NCBI GenBank assembly: GCA_963668645.2
Contig: CAXXWC010000010.1
Coordinates: 288,001 to 352,000 of the forward strand
Direction of reading: 5' to 3'
Length of the DNA stretch: 64,000 bases
From: Desulfobacterales bacterium
Lineage (GTDB): Bacteria; Desulfobacterota; Desulfobacteria; Desulfobacterales; UBA2174
The position numbers and the translations under genes are program-made. Within the stretch, counting starts at the first letter, position 1. Every line of letters begins with the position of its first letter. Below the pieces are notes generated by a model that searched no databases, was not told where the DNA came from, and saw nothing but the letters and a program-made list of their open reading frames with translations. This document shows positions 49,677 through 59,627 of this stretch, piece by piece.

Positions 49677-50282
49677 ATGAAGCCGTCTTGCCGTATCCTA
49701 ATGTTTGGCCTGTTGGTTGGGTTGTGCTGCCCGGCGCCCCTGGGATGGGCCGAAAGCGGCACCGACCGCGACGTTAACGCCACGGTCGGCATTCATCCCA
49801 TGATCGAACTCACCTGCACTTCGGTCAATCTGGGGGTCTGGCGGGTGCCGCCCCGCGAGACCGGCGGCCAAACGCGCATCATGCTCGATATCGACTATCC
49901 CGAACTCGGCCCCAAGATTTCGCTGAACACCCAGGTCGCCCAGGCCAGCGCCCATGCCGACTGGGAACCACAGTTCGGTACCTGCACCCTGACCCAGTCC
50001 CGTGCCCTGGACGAATCCAGCGCCGTGGTCACCATCAGCGGCAACCGTTTGCTGGCCGTGACCCCGGATGGCGAGGCCTACACCGGCATCGAGCCGGGCC
50101 GCAGCGGCTACGGAATCCGGGTCGACGTCTACGCGCCGACCCTGGTCAAGATCCAGAACGGCACCGCCACCTTCAAGGTCGGCGGCGGCATGACCATTCC
50201 GCAGCGGGTCCGCGAAACCGACTATGGGGGTTACCGCACCGTTTCGCAGGCGGTGATTTCGGTTGACGACCGCATGCGCTGA
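49677..50282 (+). CDS. Second pilin-like subunit, paralog of 48956..49558
   Basis: Shares EL.CT.V..GVWRVP, G.CTL and F.VGG..TIP....YGGY.T with the first subunit. Confidence 0.75.
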   Translation: MKPSCRILMFGLLVGLCCPAPLGWAESGTDRDVNATVGIHPMIELTCTSVNLGVWRVPPRETGGQTRIMLDIDYPELGPKISLNTQVAQASAHADWEPQFGTCTLTQSRALDESSAVVTISGNRLLAVTPDGEAYTGIEPGRSGYGIRVDVYAPTLVKIQNGTATFKVGGGMTIPQRVRETDYGGYRTVSQAVISVDDRMR

Positions 50283-50291
50283 AGAAATTAC

Positions 50292-51143
50292 ATGTACACG
50301 CACAATTGCAATCAGACACCTCAACGTACGGCGGCGGACCACACGCCGCGACGCACCTGTTTGGCGGCCGCGCTTTTCGTCCTGCTGTCGGCCGGCTGGT
50401 TCGCCGCCCCTTGCGATGCCGACGCGGATGTCTCCGTCGCCATTTCCGACAATGTGGTGATCCTCGACAGCCGCAGCCGCTCGGGGGTGATCGAACTGGT
50501 CAACCTCGGCGACGAGCCCACCGAGTTCCGGCTCAGTGTCGACGAGTCGCTGGTCGGCACGCCCACCGACGCCTCGACCATGCTGCGCTGGGCTCCCCGG
50601 CGGGCCCTGGTGCCGGCCCACCAGACCCGGCCGGTGCGCATCGCCGCCCGGCCGACCCTGCAATTGCCGCCCGGTGAATACGTTTTTAGGGTCGGGGTGA
50701 CCGCCGAGGTGAAGCCGGTGGCCCGAAAGCGCCGGGCCGGCAACTCCGGTGAAATCGAGGTGCCCCCCGACGCCATCGCCGTGACCATCCCCATCGTGCC
50801 GACCCTGCCGGTGACCGTTTATCTGCGCCACGAGATCCCCCCCCCGATGATCGACATCCAGCCGCTGGTGCTCACCCCAGACGACGAGAGGGTCATGGGC
50901 TACTTTCCGGTGCACAAACGCAATCCGGAATACAGCTTTGTCGGCCAAGTGCAGGTGGTGGAGGCAGCCTCAGGCAAACTGATCAACAGCGGCCGGCTGC
51001 ATCTCAAACCGGGCAATCCCGGTAGCCGGGTGAACATGCCCCGGGCCAAAGTCCCCCTCAAGGCGGGTTCCCGTTACTGCGTGCTGGTGTGGGACCATTT
51101 TCCTGGCGAAGGAGAGCCAACGGCTTTATCTTGTGGACAGTAG
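50292..51143 (+). CDS. Periplasmic fimbrial chaperone-like protein
   Basis: Signal peptide and PapD-N-like pattern (GVIELVNLGDEP...APRRALVPAHQTRPVRI...PPGEY). Confidence 0.75.
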   Translation: MYTHNCNQTPQRTAADHTPRRTCLAAALFVLLSAGWFAAPCDADADVSVAISDNVVILDSRSRSGVIELVNLGDEPTEFRLSVDESLVGTPTDASTMLRWAPRRALVPAHQTRPVRIAARPTLQLPPGEYVFRVGVTAEVKPVARKRRAGNSGEIEVPPDAIAVTIPIVPTLPVTVYLRHEIPPPMIDIQPLVLTPDDERVMGYFPVHKRNPEYSFVGQVQVVEAASGKLINSGRLHLKPGNPGSRVNMPRAKVPLKAGSRYCVLVWDHFPGEGEPTALSCGQ

Positions 51144-53977
51144 TTCGCTGTTTTCGCGTTTTCGTGGCACTCCTGCCCGCCGTGCTGTTTCTGGCGCAGG
51201 CAACCGTCGTGGCGGCTATGGAAACGGCTCTCGACGGCCTGCGCCCGGGCGACGAATCCTTCGTGGCGGCCGTACGTTTCAACGGCCGTGGGCTGCCCGA
51301 ATATTACGATTTGATCGAATCTGCCGACGGGACGCTGCTGCTCCCGGTCGCGGCCATCTTTCTTGCGGGTGAAGCCAGTGTCGAGCGCGACGACGGCCGG
51401 TTGCAGCTCGAGGTGGCCTCCAGCGGCGTCCGGCTGGTCATCGACCGCTACGACCGCATCGTGCATCTGTCCGACCGCCAGCGGCCGCTGGGCGCTGATG
51501 ACATCCGCTACCACGACGAGACCTACCTCGTCTCGAGCGCCTTGCTTGCCGAGGCCTTCCAACTCACATCCCGTTTCAACAAGGCGACCCAAGAACTGAC
51601 GGTGACCAGTGCGCGGCCGTTTCCACGGGACCTACGCCTAGCCCGCGAGCGGCGCTGGGACCGTCTCGACCCGAAAGCGCCGCTTGCCGCGCCCGTACGT
51701 TCCTGGAAACCGGATTACGTCCTGTTCGGCTCACCCCAGGTCGATGTGTCGCTTTCCGGCCATCAAAACGATACCGGCCAAGCCACGGGCAGTTGGAGTG
51801 CCCTGGCAGTCGGTGAAGCGCTGTTTTTGACCCATCATCTTTATGCCGCAGGCAGCCAGGACGACCCGCTGAGCAGCCTGCGGTTGCGCTCCGGACGGAT
51901 GTCGCCCACCGGTGGGGTCTTCGGCCTGGACCGCCTCTACGACGCCCAGTTCGGCGATATTTCCGGCCTGCGCCTTCCGCTGGTGGGCGGCGGCAACAGT
52001 GGTCGCGGTCTGCGCTTGCAGGCCACACCGCTGCGCCGGGCCGACAACTTTGACAGAACCTTGATCGAGGGCGATGCGCCGGCTGGCTGGGACGCCGAAT
52101 TGTATCTGGGCGCCACCCTGCTCGATTTTCAACGCATCGGCCAAGACGGCCGCTACCGCTTCGACGATGTGCCACTCGATTACGGGGTCAACGACCTGAA
52201 GGTGGTTCTCTACGGCCCCCAGGGTCAGGTGCGTGAAACCCTGTTTCGCAAACAGATCGGCTCCGGCATGGTGCCCCCGGGCGAAATTCAAGGATCGGCT
52301 TTCCTGCTCGAAGACGGCGTCAAATTGTTTGAAGGCGCCAATGAAACGGCCTTTAACGAAGGCGGCGGTTCCTGGATCGCCGGCGTCAAGACCGATATCG
52401 GCCTGCACCGGCGTTTAACCGCCGGCCTGTTCGGCGCCCGAGCCCCCACGGGAAGGTCGACCGAAAGCGACGCGGGTCAATCTGGCGCCGTCCGTGAGGT
52501 GGACGACTATTTCGGCCTGGAACTGCGCCCTGCCCTCGGCCGACTCGTCCTCGAGACCGGAGTGGCTGGCTGCGGCCTCGGCGGAGCCGCCGCCTACGGG
52601 CGTTTCAGTCTGCCGGTGGCGTCGACCTCCATCAGCGGTGGGTACTATCACTACGACCCGTCATACGCCTCCCAGGACAACGATGGCGGTCAGTTGGCGA
52701 GCCGGACCCACCTGCGCTTCGGCATCCCGCTGGGGACGGACCAGGCCGGCCGCGGTTCGGTCAGCGTCAGCCTGGAGGAAGAGCGGCACCGCGACAGCCA
52801 AAATGAGCGCGAAGCCAGCTTGACCTACGGCCATCGACTTGGTCCCTTGTCTCTCACCCACAAGCTCGAAAGCCGGTGGCTCGGCGACGGCTTTGGAGGC
52901 CCGTCTGGTCTCTATACACTCAACGCCTCCTATCGCCACGACCTTTTCGATCTGCGCGGCGAACTGAGCCATGGTCTCGGTCACGGCAGCGAAGAGCCAA
53001 GCCTGACCCTTAGCGGACTGTGGCGGCGCAACGATTTCAACCGCATCTACTGCACGCTCTCCCTTTCCCCCGGCGGCCAAACGACCTATGGAGTCGGCTG
53101 GAACCAGGATCTAAAATGGGCCGTCCTCTCTGTGAGCGCCTCGGCCGGCAACGGAGAATACAACTTTGGCATGGGGCTGAACTTCTCTTTCGGTCACACC
53201 CCGGCCGGCGGCCTGCTCATGAGCAGCCAGGCCCGGAGCACGACCGGCTTCGCCGACCTTCAGATCTTCGAAGACCTGGACGCGGACGGTGTCTTTACAG
53301 AAGGACGGGACCGCCCGATTCTGGGCGCGGGGGTCATGGTCAATCGTCGACCGTTCACCGAAGCCAGCACTGACGATCAGGGGCGCATCGGCCTGGACGG
53401 CCTTTCCATCTATGACCCGCTGGAATTGGCGGTCAACACCTACAGCCTGCCAGATCCTTTCCTCGTCCCGATATTTCCCGCCTCCAAGACTTGGCCGCGG
53501 CCGGGCAGGACCGTCGAGATAGCTCTTCCGGTGACCGAATCCTGCGAAATCAGCGGTACGCTGAAAATGCGCGTCAAAAAACCAGTCACCAACGGCAGAA
53601 ACGGGAAAAACGGCCACGAAATAGACGGCCTATCCAACGGCGCGGGCCGACCGGCCGAACGGATCGTTGAACGCCCCCTGGCCGGCATTCGGATTCAGGT
53701 CCTCGACGCCGACGGCCGGCTTCACGGCGAATCCCTGACCTTTTCCGACGGGTATTTCGTCTTCGACGCCGTCTACCCTGGCCGCTGGACCGTGCGGGTG
53801 CCTGCGGGTCAGAATGTTTACGGTACGGTACTGCAGGGCGTTGCCAACACTGCGGATGCGGCCCGCATGGCGGTCGTCCTGTCCGACCATGATCGCTATG
53901 TCACCGACCTCGAACTGGTCTTCGAGCCGGACGGTCGGCTCGCGGCGGAAACGGTTCATGATGAGGGCAGGCCTTAG
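51089..53977 (+). CDS. Usher-like outer-membrane protein; start uncertain
   Basis: About 960 aa, beta-strand rich. Plug-like segment (IEGDAPAGWDAELY...YRFDDVPLDYGVNDLKVVLYGPQGQ). C-terminal prealbumin-like domains. Confidence 0.75.
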   Translation: MGPFSWRRRANGFILWTVVRCFRVFVALLPAVLFLAQATVVAAMETALDGLRPGDESFVAAVRFNGRGLPEYYDLIESADGTLLLPVAAIFLAGEASVERDDGRLQLEVASSGVRLVIDRYDRIVHLSDRQRPLGADDIRYHDETYLVSSALLAEAFQLTSRFNKATQELTVTSARPFPRDLRLARERRWDRLDPKAPLAAPVRSWKPDYVLFGSPQVDVSLSGHQNDTGQATGSWSALAVGEALFLTHHLYAAGSQDDPLSSLRLRSGRMSPTGGVFGLDRLYDAQFGDISGLRLPLVGGGNSGRGLRLQATPLRRADNFDRTLIEGDAPAGWDAELYLGATLLDFQRIGQDGRYRFDDVPLDYGVNDLKVVLYGPQGQVRETLFRKQIGSGMVPPGEIQGSAFLLEDGVKLFEGANETAFNEGGGSWIAGVKTDIGLHRRLTAGLFGARAPTGRSTESDAGQSGAVREVDDYFGLELRPALGRLVLETGVAGCGLGGAAAYGRFSLPVASTSISGGYYHYDPSYASQDNDGGQLASRTHLRFGIPLGTDQAGRGSVSVSLEEERHRDSQNEREASLTYGHRLGPLSLTHKLESRWLGDGFGGPSGLYTLNASYRHDLFDLRGELSHGLGHGSEEPSLTLSGLWRRNDFNRIYCTLSLSPGGQTTYGVGWNQDLKWAVLSVSASAGNGEYNFGMGLNFSFGHTPAGGLLMSSQARSTTGFADLQIFEDLDADGVFTEGRDRPILGAGVMVNRRPFTEASTDDQGRIGLDGLSIYDPLELAVNTYSLPDPFLVPIFPASKTWPRPGRTVEIALPVTESCEISGTLKMRVKKPVTNGRNGKNGHEIDGLSNGAGRPAERIVERPLAGIRIQVLDADGRLHGESLTFSDGYFVFDAVYPGRWTVRVPAGQNVYGTVLQGVANTADAARMAVVLSDHDRYVTDLELVFEPDGRLAAETVHDEGRP

Positions 53978-54092
53978 CCTTACGCGATGCGCTGAAACGG
54001 GCCGTTGCGATTTCTCCTGGACCTGCATTGAAACCGGGCCCCTGCGGCAAACGGCGTCATCGGCGAAAACGAATAAACAGAAAAGCGTTGCT

Positions 54093-54815
54093 ATGAATCG
54101 AGTTAGAAAACAGAGCAAGGGGGGGATCGGTGCCTGGGCATCGAAAGCGGTTTGCGTTTTCAGCATAGTGATTGTTGTCGGCCTTCTGGGTGTGGTTCTG
54201 TCTTTTGCAGGCGCCCCCGCCGCCCAAGACCCGCCAGATAGCAAAAACTTGGTCGCGGCTCCCGACCCGGCATCTTCCCCGTCCGCCGTGGAATCTGCCC
54301 CCACGTCCGAACCACAGCAGGTTGCCCCGAAAAACCAGCCACCGGCAGCGGCGGCGCAGGCCAACAAGGTGCCGGATGTCAAGATCGAAACACGACAGGG
54401 GTTGGACTTCGGTCTGCTGCGGGTGAGGCAGAATAGTTCCGGGTGGGTGGTTGTCGACCCGGGTGGCGGCTTTTGTGCCTCGCCAAGTGTCGCCTTTTCC
54501 AGCAGGCACATGCCGGCTTCCGGCCAAGTAACGATCAAGGCGGCACCGGAAAGCCGGATCCTTCTCCGCCTGACTTTCGATGATGGTGCCTCGGAAGGCT
54601 CTTGCATCAGTATTGGCGGGGTGACCCTGAGATCGCTGCGCCTCGGGCGTGGCATTCAGCAATTGGCGCGCAATGGTGAGTTCTGGGAACTGATCATGCC
54701 GCGAGCTGACGCCGAGACCGTTGAAGTGATGCTCCAAATCGGTGGAGAATTGCATTTTACATCATCCGATCAAGGCCGCTCATTTAAAACCGAGCTGCAT
54801 ATCGATTGCCAATAG
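54093..54815 (+). CDS. DUF4402-like pilin or adhesin with Pro/Ala-rich linker
   Basis: N-terminal TM/signal, QGLDFG, LQIGGEL motifs. Confidence 0.65.
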   Translation: MNRVRKQSKGGIGAWASKAVCVFSIVIVVGLLGVVLSFAGAPAAQDPPDSKNLVAAPDPASSPSAVESAPTSEPQQVAPKNQPPAAAAQANKVPDVKIETRQGLDFGLLRVRQNSSGWVVVDPGGGFCASPSVAFSSRHMPASGQVTIKAAPESRILLRLTFDDGASEGSCISIGGVTLRSLRLGRGIQQLARNGEFWELIMPRADAETVEVMLQIGGELHFTSSDQGRSFKTELHIDCQ

Positions 54816-55065
54816 CCTCTTGAAATTGGCTATCCTATCTATTTATTACAGAATAATGAGGTCAGGGAAGCCAGCGACAAAAAGTACCCCGGATGGGCAG
54901 CAACGCAGACACGATCCGGGAAATGTCCCTGCAGGCAGTGGATCCGGCCATCGATCAGGACAAAACGGCAAAGATCCTCGCGGTTGACAACAACGCCGGC
55001 GGCGAATATACATCGGCGTAAATCACCCCTGCCTTGGCCGGATTTTTTCCTCTTTCAACAGAAGG

Positions 55066-55116
55066 TTGGCAACCACCCGATTTTTCAAATCGGGCAATAG
55101 CCAGGCGGTGCGACTG
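55066..55116 (+). pseudogene. N-terminal remnant of a VapB/VagC (AbrB-type) antitoxin, in frame with crcB
   Basis: MATTRFFKSGNSQAVRL matches the F-x-SGNSQAVR-[LI] start of VapB antitoxins. Confidence 0.6.
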
Positions 55117-55143
55117 ACGAAACCCTCTGGGAGTTGTCTTGAA

Positions 55144-55581
55144 ATGGAGGCCCTGACGCAGCCGCTGATGTGGCTAAAATCCCTTGGCGCGTCCTTAACG
55201 CCGGAATTCATCAAGTGCCTGTTGATAATGCTCGGCGGGGGGCTGGGAGCCCTGAGCCGCTACGGCATCGGCCTGCTCTCGGTCCGTCTTTGGGGGGTCC
55301 ATTTTCCCTGGGGCACGCTGGCCGTCAACCTGATCGGCTGCTTTCTCATCGGACTGATCTTTGCCGCCGCCGACCGGGCCCGGCTCCTGAGTCCGGACCT
55401 GCGCCTCTTTCTGGTAACCGGGTATCTGGGCGCTTTGACCACCTTTTCCACTTTCGCCCTGGAAACGGTCAACGCCGGCCGGCTCGGCTTGACCCTGCAA
55501 CCTCTGGCCAATATCCTGGTCAACAACATCGGCGGCCTGGCCCTGGTCTTTATCGGCATGCGCATCGGCGGTCTGAGGTAG
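55144..55581 (+). CDS. crcB: Fluoride channel CrcB/Fluc; start uncertain
   Basis: GGGLGALSRY, FPWGTLAVNLIG, GYLGALTTFSTF. Confidence 0.93.
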   Translation: MEALTQPLMWLKSLGASLTPEFIKCLLIMLGGGLGALSRYGIGLLSVRLWGVHFPWGTLAVNLIGCFLIGLIFAAADRARLLSPDLRLFLVTGYLGALTTFSTFALETVNAGRLGLTLQPLANILVNNIGGLALVFIGMRIGGLR

Positions 55582-55591
55582 GAGAAAGCGG

Positions 55592-56899
55592 ATGTTAAAC
55601 TACAAGGCCATCGAAATCTTCACCAACGAGGCGGTGCGTTACCAGGGCCAACCCCTGGCCGAGGCCGTGGTGGAGTATGTCCGGCGCCTGAAAATCGCGG
55701 CGCGCTGCATCGTCACAAGGGGCATCGCCGGCTGCGACGAGAGCGGAGAGACGACCACCATGCGGCTGGAGGTGCTCTCCTACAACCTGCCGGTGCGCAT
55801 TTACATCGTGCTTCCCGCCGCGGAAACCGACCGCGTCCTGGAAAAACTCAGCACCATGGTCGTCGAGGGGATCGTCGCCGTGCACGAACTGGCGGTGATC
55901 AGCCACCGGACCCGCAACGCCTTTTTCCCCCGCAAGCTGCTGGTTCGCGACGTGATGACCGCCCCTGCCCGTAGCGTCGGCGCCGACAGCTCCCTGCGCC
56001 AGGCGGCCCGGATTCTTCTTTCGGCGGTCTTTACGGGGTTGCCGGTGGTCGACCAACGCAGCCGCCCGGTGGGCGTGATCTCCCAAGGCGACCTGATCGT
56101 TCGCGGCGGGCTGCCGCTACGCCTGGGACTTTTGGTGGAAACAGGCAGCAACGAATGCGAAACGATCCTGCAGAAACTGGCAGACCGGCGGGCCGCAGAA
56201 GTCATGAGCCGCCCGGCGGTGGTCATCGCCGCCGACCGTCCCCTGGCCGAGGCCGTGGAAAAAATGCTCGCCAAGAAGGTCAAGCGGCTGCCGGTGGTGG
56301 ACCGGGACGGACACCTGACGGGAATCCTCTCGCGGATCGACATCTTTCGCACCGTGATGCGCGCCGCACCGGACTGGAAGGCGTTTCAGGAGCAGAAAAT
56401 CGAGGTGCGGGACCTGAAACGGGTGGGCGACATCCTGCGCAGGGACACGCACACCGTCGCTCCAGATGCCTCGGTCGCCGAGGTGATCCAGGTCATCGAC
56501 CGCGACGACATCCAGCGGGTGGCAGTGGTCGATGGGGACGGCAAGCTGCTCGGCATGATTTCGGACCGCGACCTGCTGCATTATTTCAAGCCCCGGCAAT
56601 CCGGCATCTGGAGCCTGCTCTCGCGTATGAAGCCGTCGGCGGCACAGGATGCCTGCGGCGACAACCTGCATGCATGTCTCAGCGATACCCGGGCCGCGGA
56701 CGTCATGATCACCGATCTTATCACGGTTGGCGAAGACGCCCTCATCGAGGAAGCCGTAGCCCTGATGACCGCCAACGCCTTGAAGCGACTGCCGGTGGTG
56801 GATGAAAAGGGCCGTTTCAAAGGAATGCTCAGCCGCAACGCGCTGCTGCACGCCGGATTCGAAAAGGTGGATAAAGACTGCGACCATGCTCTCGTTTGA
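55592..56899 (+). CDS. DUF190 plus four-CBS-domain protein
   Basis: N-terminal RGIAG...LSYNLPV (DUF190-like), followed by CBS repeats. Confidence 0.88.
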   Translation: MLNYKAIEIFTNEAVRYQGQPLAEAVVEYVRRLKIAARCIVTRGIAGCDESGETTTMRLEVLSYNLPVRIYIVLPAAETDRVLEKLSTMVVEGIVAVHELAVISHRTRNAFFPRKLLVRDVMTAPARSVGADSSLRQAARILLSAVFTGLPVVDQRSRPVGVISQGDLIVRGGLPLRLGLLVETGSNECETILQKLADRRAAEVMSRPAVVIAADRPLAEAVEKMLAKKVKRLPVVDRDGHLTGILSRIDIFRTVMRAAPDWKAFQEQKIEVRDLKRVGDILRRDTHTVAPDASVAEVIQVIDRDDIQRVAVVDGDGKLLGMISDRDLLHYFKPRQSGIWSLLSRMKPSAAQDACGDNLHACLSDTRAADVMITDLITVGEDALIEEAVALMTANALKRLPVVDEKGRFKGMLSRNALLHAGFEKVDKDCDHALV

Positions 56900-57911
56900 C
56901 AGGCAACGATTCCTCGCCCGCATCCGGCTGCCCGACGGCACCGCCGCCGAGCGCCCCGTGGAGATCCGCACCCATCCCATCACGGGCCGTACCTGCCGCA
57001 TCACCTTCAGCCGCGGCCAGGAGCGCGAACCGGGCGCCGAATCACTGCCCGCCCCGCCCCCTTTTGCCGCCGATACGGCCGGTTGCCCGTTTTGCCGGGC
57101 GCGTCTTGCCACCCACACGCCTCGGCTGGCATCCGAACTGCTGCCCGCAGGACGCCTGATCCGCGGCAGCTCGACCCTCTTTCCCAACCTTTTCCCCTAT
57201 GGGCGCTACAGCGCGGTGAGCCTCTTCGACGAGGAGCATTTCGTAGAGATCGGCACGGCCCGCCTGCCATCTTACACCGACTGCCTGCTCAACTGCCGCG
57301 ACTACCTAGCGCTGGTTCTCGACCACGATCCGGCCGCGGTCTTCATGGCGATCACCCAGAACCATCTGCCCTCGGCGGGCGGGTCTCTGCTTCACCCCCA
57401 CCTGCAAATCCAGGCCGACCACAGGCCCGCCAATCACCAGCGCTTTTTGCGAAAGCGGGCCGCCGACCACCACCGGCGGTTCGGGATCCGCCTTTTCAGC
57501 GATTACCTGGAAGCGGAACGCCGGGCCGGGCAGCGGCTCATCGGTGCGACCGGCCCCTGGCATTGGCTGGCGGCCTTTGCCCCGGAAGGATTTTTTGAAA
57601 TCTGGGGCATCCTGCCGGAAACCACCCACCTGAAACAGGTTGCCGACGCGGACTGGCAGGCCCTAGCCCGGGGGATGCTCAAGGCCCAAAACTTTTACCG
57701 CAGCCTCGGGCGCAACGGGTACAACTTCGGCCTGCTGCTGCTCGAAGACGGCTCGCACGACCAGGAACTGTGCGCCGTGCTGACGGTGCGCAGCAACTAC
57801 GCCCCCTGGGTGCGCAGCGATTTTACCGGCTTCGAAGTGATGCTGGGCGACATGGCCACCTTCACCGCGCCGGAGGAAACCGCCCGCCTAGCCCGCCCTT
57901 TCTGGGATTGA
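56886..57911 (+). CDS. Galactose-1-phosphate uridylyltransferase-like (HIT/GalT) protein
   Basis: CPFC, FPNLFPY, AGGSLLHPHLQ. Confidence 0.85.
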   Translation: MLSFDRQRFLARIRLPDGTAAERPVEIRTHPITGRTCRITFSRGQEREPGAESLPAPPPFAADTAGCPFCRARLATHTPRLASELLPAGRLIRGSSTLFPNLFPYGRYSAVSLFDEEHFVEIGTARLPSYTDCLLNCRDYLALVLDHDPAAVFMAITQNHLPSAGGSLLHPHLQIQADHRPANHQRFLRKRAADHHRRFGIRLFSDYLEAERRAGQRLIGATGPWHWLAAFAPEGFFEIWGILPETTHLKQVADADWQALARGMLKAQNFYRSLGRNGYNFGLLLLEDGSHDQELCAVLTVRSNYAPWVRSDFTGFEVMLGDMATFTAPEETARLARPFWD

Positions 57912-57943
57912 AGCCCCTGCCCCCCTGAAAGCCCCATCCCGGC

Positions 57944-57988
57944 TTGACAAGCCTCAGCCACGCCACTATATAGACAATGTGGAATTTA
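57944..57988 (+). promoter_or_regulatory. Sigma70 promoter with overlapping candidate ArsR operator
   Basis: TTGACA-N17-TATATA. ATATAGACA-N6-AATTTA (57968-57988) recurs at 58359-58379. Confidence 0.65.
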
Positions 57989-58001
57989 CTGGAGGCAACC
58001 G

Positions 58002-58352
58002 ATGCAATCCTTCGTACGGGTCATGAAAGCCTTGTCCGACCCCAACCGGGTCAAGATCATCAAGCTCCTGCAGCAGCGCAGCCTCTGTGTCTGCGAGCTG
58101 CGCGCCGCCTTGTCAATCAGCCAGCCGAGCGTGTCCAAACACCTTAAAATACTCGAGGACGCAGGGCTCGTAACATCGAGCAAGGATGGGCTCTACGTCA
58201 ATTACCGGCTGGCGGACGGCAGCACCTCTCCTTACGCGTCCACCCTGCTGGGCAGCCTGCGCCACTGGCTCGACCACGACCCGGCAGTGGCGGCCCTGGT
58301 GGCCCGGGTGCCGGCCCTCGACCGCGAACAGCTCTGCCGAATCCTTCAGTAG
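58002..58352 (+). CDS. ArsR/SmtB family repressor
   Basis: KALSDPNRVKI, LCVCEL, SQPSVSKHLKIL. Confidence 0.95.
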   Translation: MQSFVRVMKALSDPNRVKIIKLLQQRSLCVCELRAALSISQPSVSKHLKILEDAGLVTSSKDGLYVNYRLADGSTSPYASTLLGSLRHWLDHDPAVAALVARVPALDREQLCRILQ

Positions 58353-58358
58353 ATTCTA

Positions 58359-58379
58359 ATATAGGCATGGATTAATTTA
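58359..58379 (+). promoter_or_regulatory. Second candidate ArsR operator
   Basis: ATATAGGCA-N6-AATTTA, in front of the permease gene. Confidence 0.5.
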
Positions 58380-58409
58380 AGGCGGCCCTTGTGCCGCCGG
58401 GTGGAGAAA

Positions 58410-59582
58410 ATGAAAGAACGCACCAAGCTCTTGTGGATCGTGGGATTTTTTTTGGCGGCCTATTACGTCCCCTGGAATCATCCCACCGTCCGCCAATCCG
58501 GGCTGGAAGCCTTCCTGATGCTCCAGGAGTACGCCCGCGAGCATGTTTTGACCTGCCTGATCCCGGCATTTTTCATCGCCGGGGCCATCGCCGTTTTTGT
58601 CTCCCAGGCTTCGGTGCTCAAATACTTCGGCGCCCAGGCGAGCAAGATCCTCTCCTACTCGGTGGCCTCGCTCTCGGGCACCATCCTGGCGGTATGCTCC
58701 TGCACGGTGCTGCCCCTGTTTGCCGGCATCTACACCCGCGGCGCCGGCATCGGTCCGGCCACGGCCTTTCTTTATTCGGGTCCGGCCATCAACGTGCTGG
58801 CCATCTCGCTGACGGCCAAGATCCTCGGCTGGCAGCTCGGCCTGGCCCGAGCCGTGGGGGCTGTCGTCTTTGCCGTGGTCACCGGCCTGCTGATGGCCCT
58901 GATCTTTCGCCGGGACGACGCGGCACGCACCTCGGGTAAAATCTACGTACCGGACAGCGAAGGCAAGCAGCGCACCCTGCTCCAGGACTCCCTCTATATC
59001 CTGACCATGGTCCTGATCCTGGTATTTGCCGCCTTTGCCAGGCCGGCTCCCGGATCGACGGGACTCTGGCCCGCGATTTTCGCGGCCAAGTGGTACATCA
59101 CCGCCGCCCTTTTGATCGTTCTCGGATTCATGCTCAAGGCCTGGTTCACCCGGGACGAGGGCCGCAGCTGGGTCGAATCCACCTGGGGCTTCATGAAGCA
59201 GATCTTCCCCCTTCTGGGCGGCGGGGTTCTGGTGGCCGGCTTTCTGCTGGGCCGCCCGGGTCATCCGGCCCTGATCCCGGAGGCCTGGATCCAGAACCTG
59301 CTGGGGGGCAATTCGCTGTGGGCCAACCTGATCGCCGCGCTGGCCGGAGCCCTGATGTACTTTGCCACCCTGACCGAGGTCCCCATCCTCCAGGGGTTGA
59401 TCGGCGCCGGCATGGGCAAGGGTCCGGCCCTGGCCCTGCTGCTGGCCGGTCCGGCCCTGAGCCTGCCCAACATGCTGGTGATCGGCAGCGTCATGGGACT
59501 GAAAAAGACCGCCACCTTCTGCGCCATCATCGTGATCCTGTCGACGCTGGCCGGACTGCTTTACGGTGCCTTGGTCGCCTGA
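58410..59582 (+). CDS. DUF318/ArsP-family permease
   Basis: AVCSCTVLP, FLYSGPAIN, MYFATLTEVP, AGPALSLP. Confidence 0.9.
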   Translation: MKERTKLLWIVGFFLAAYYVPWNHPTVRQSGLEAFLMLQEYAREHVLTCLIPAFFIAGAIAVFVSQASVLKYFGAQASKILSYSVASLSGTILAVCSCTVLPLFAGIYTRGAGIGPATAFLYSGPAINVLAISLTAKILGWQLGLARAVGAVVFAVVTGLLMALIFRRDDAARTSGKIYVPDSEGKQRTLLQDSLYILTMVLILVFAAFARPAPGSTGLWPAIFAAKWYITAALLIVLGFMLKAWFTRDEGRSWVESTWGFMKQIFPLLGGGVLVAGFLLGRPGHPALIPEAWIQNLLGGNSLWANLIAALAGALMYFATLTEVPILQGLIGAGMGKGPALALLLAGPALSLPNMLVIGSVMGLKKTATFCAIIVILSTLAGLLYGALVA

Positions 59583-59627
59583 AGCCCAGCCCAACAGGCA
59601 GCCCGGAAAGGTTCAGATGGCTTTGCC

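Noticed and set aside
55138..55180. Possible fluoride riboswitch (ATGGAG...CGC...GCTGATG...CTA) upstream of crcB
   Set aside because: Some conserved words are present, but the P1 stem and the GGAG/CUCC pseudoknot pairing cannot be formed. At best a decayed remnant; needs an Infernal search.
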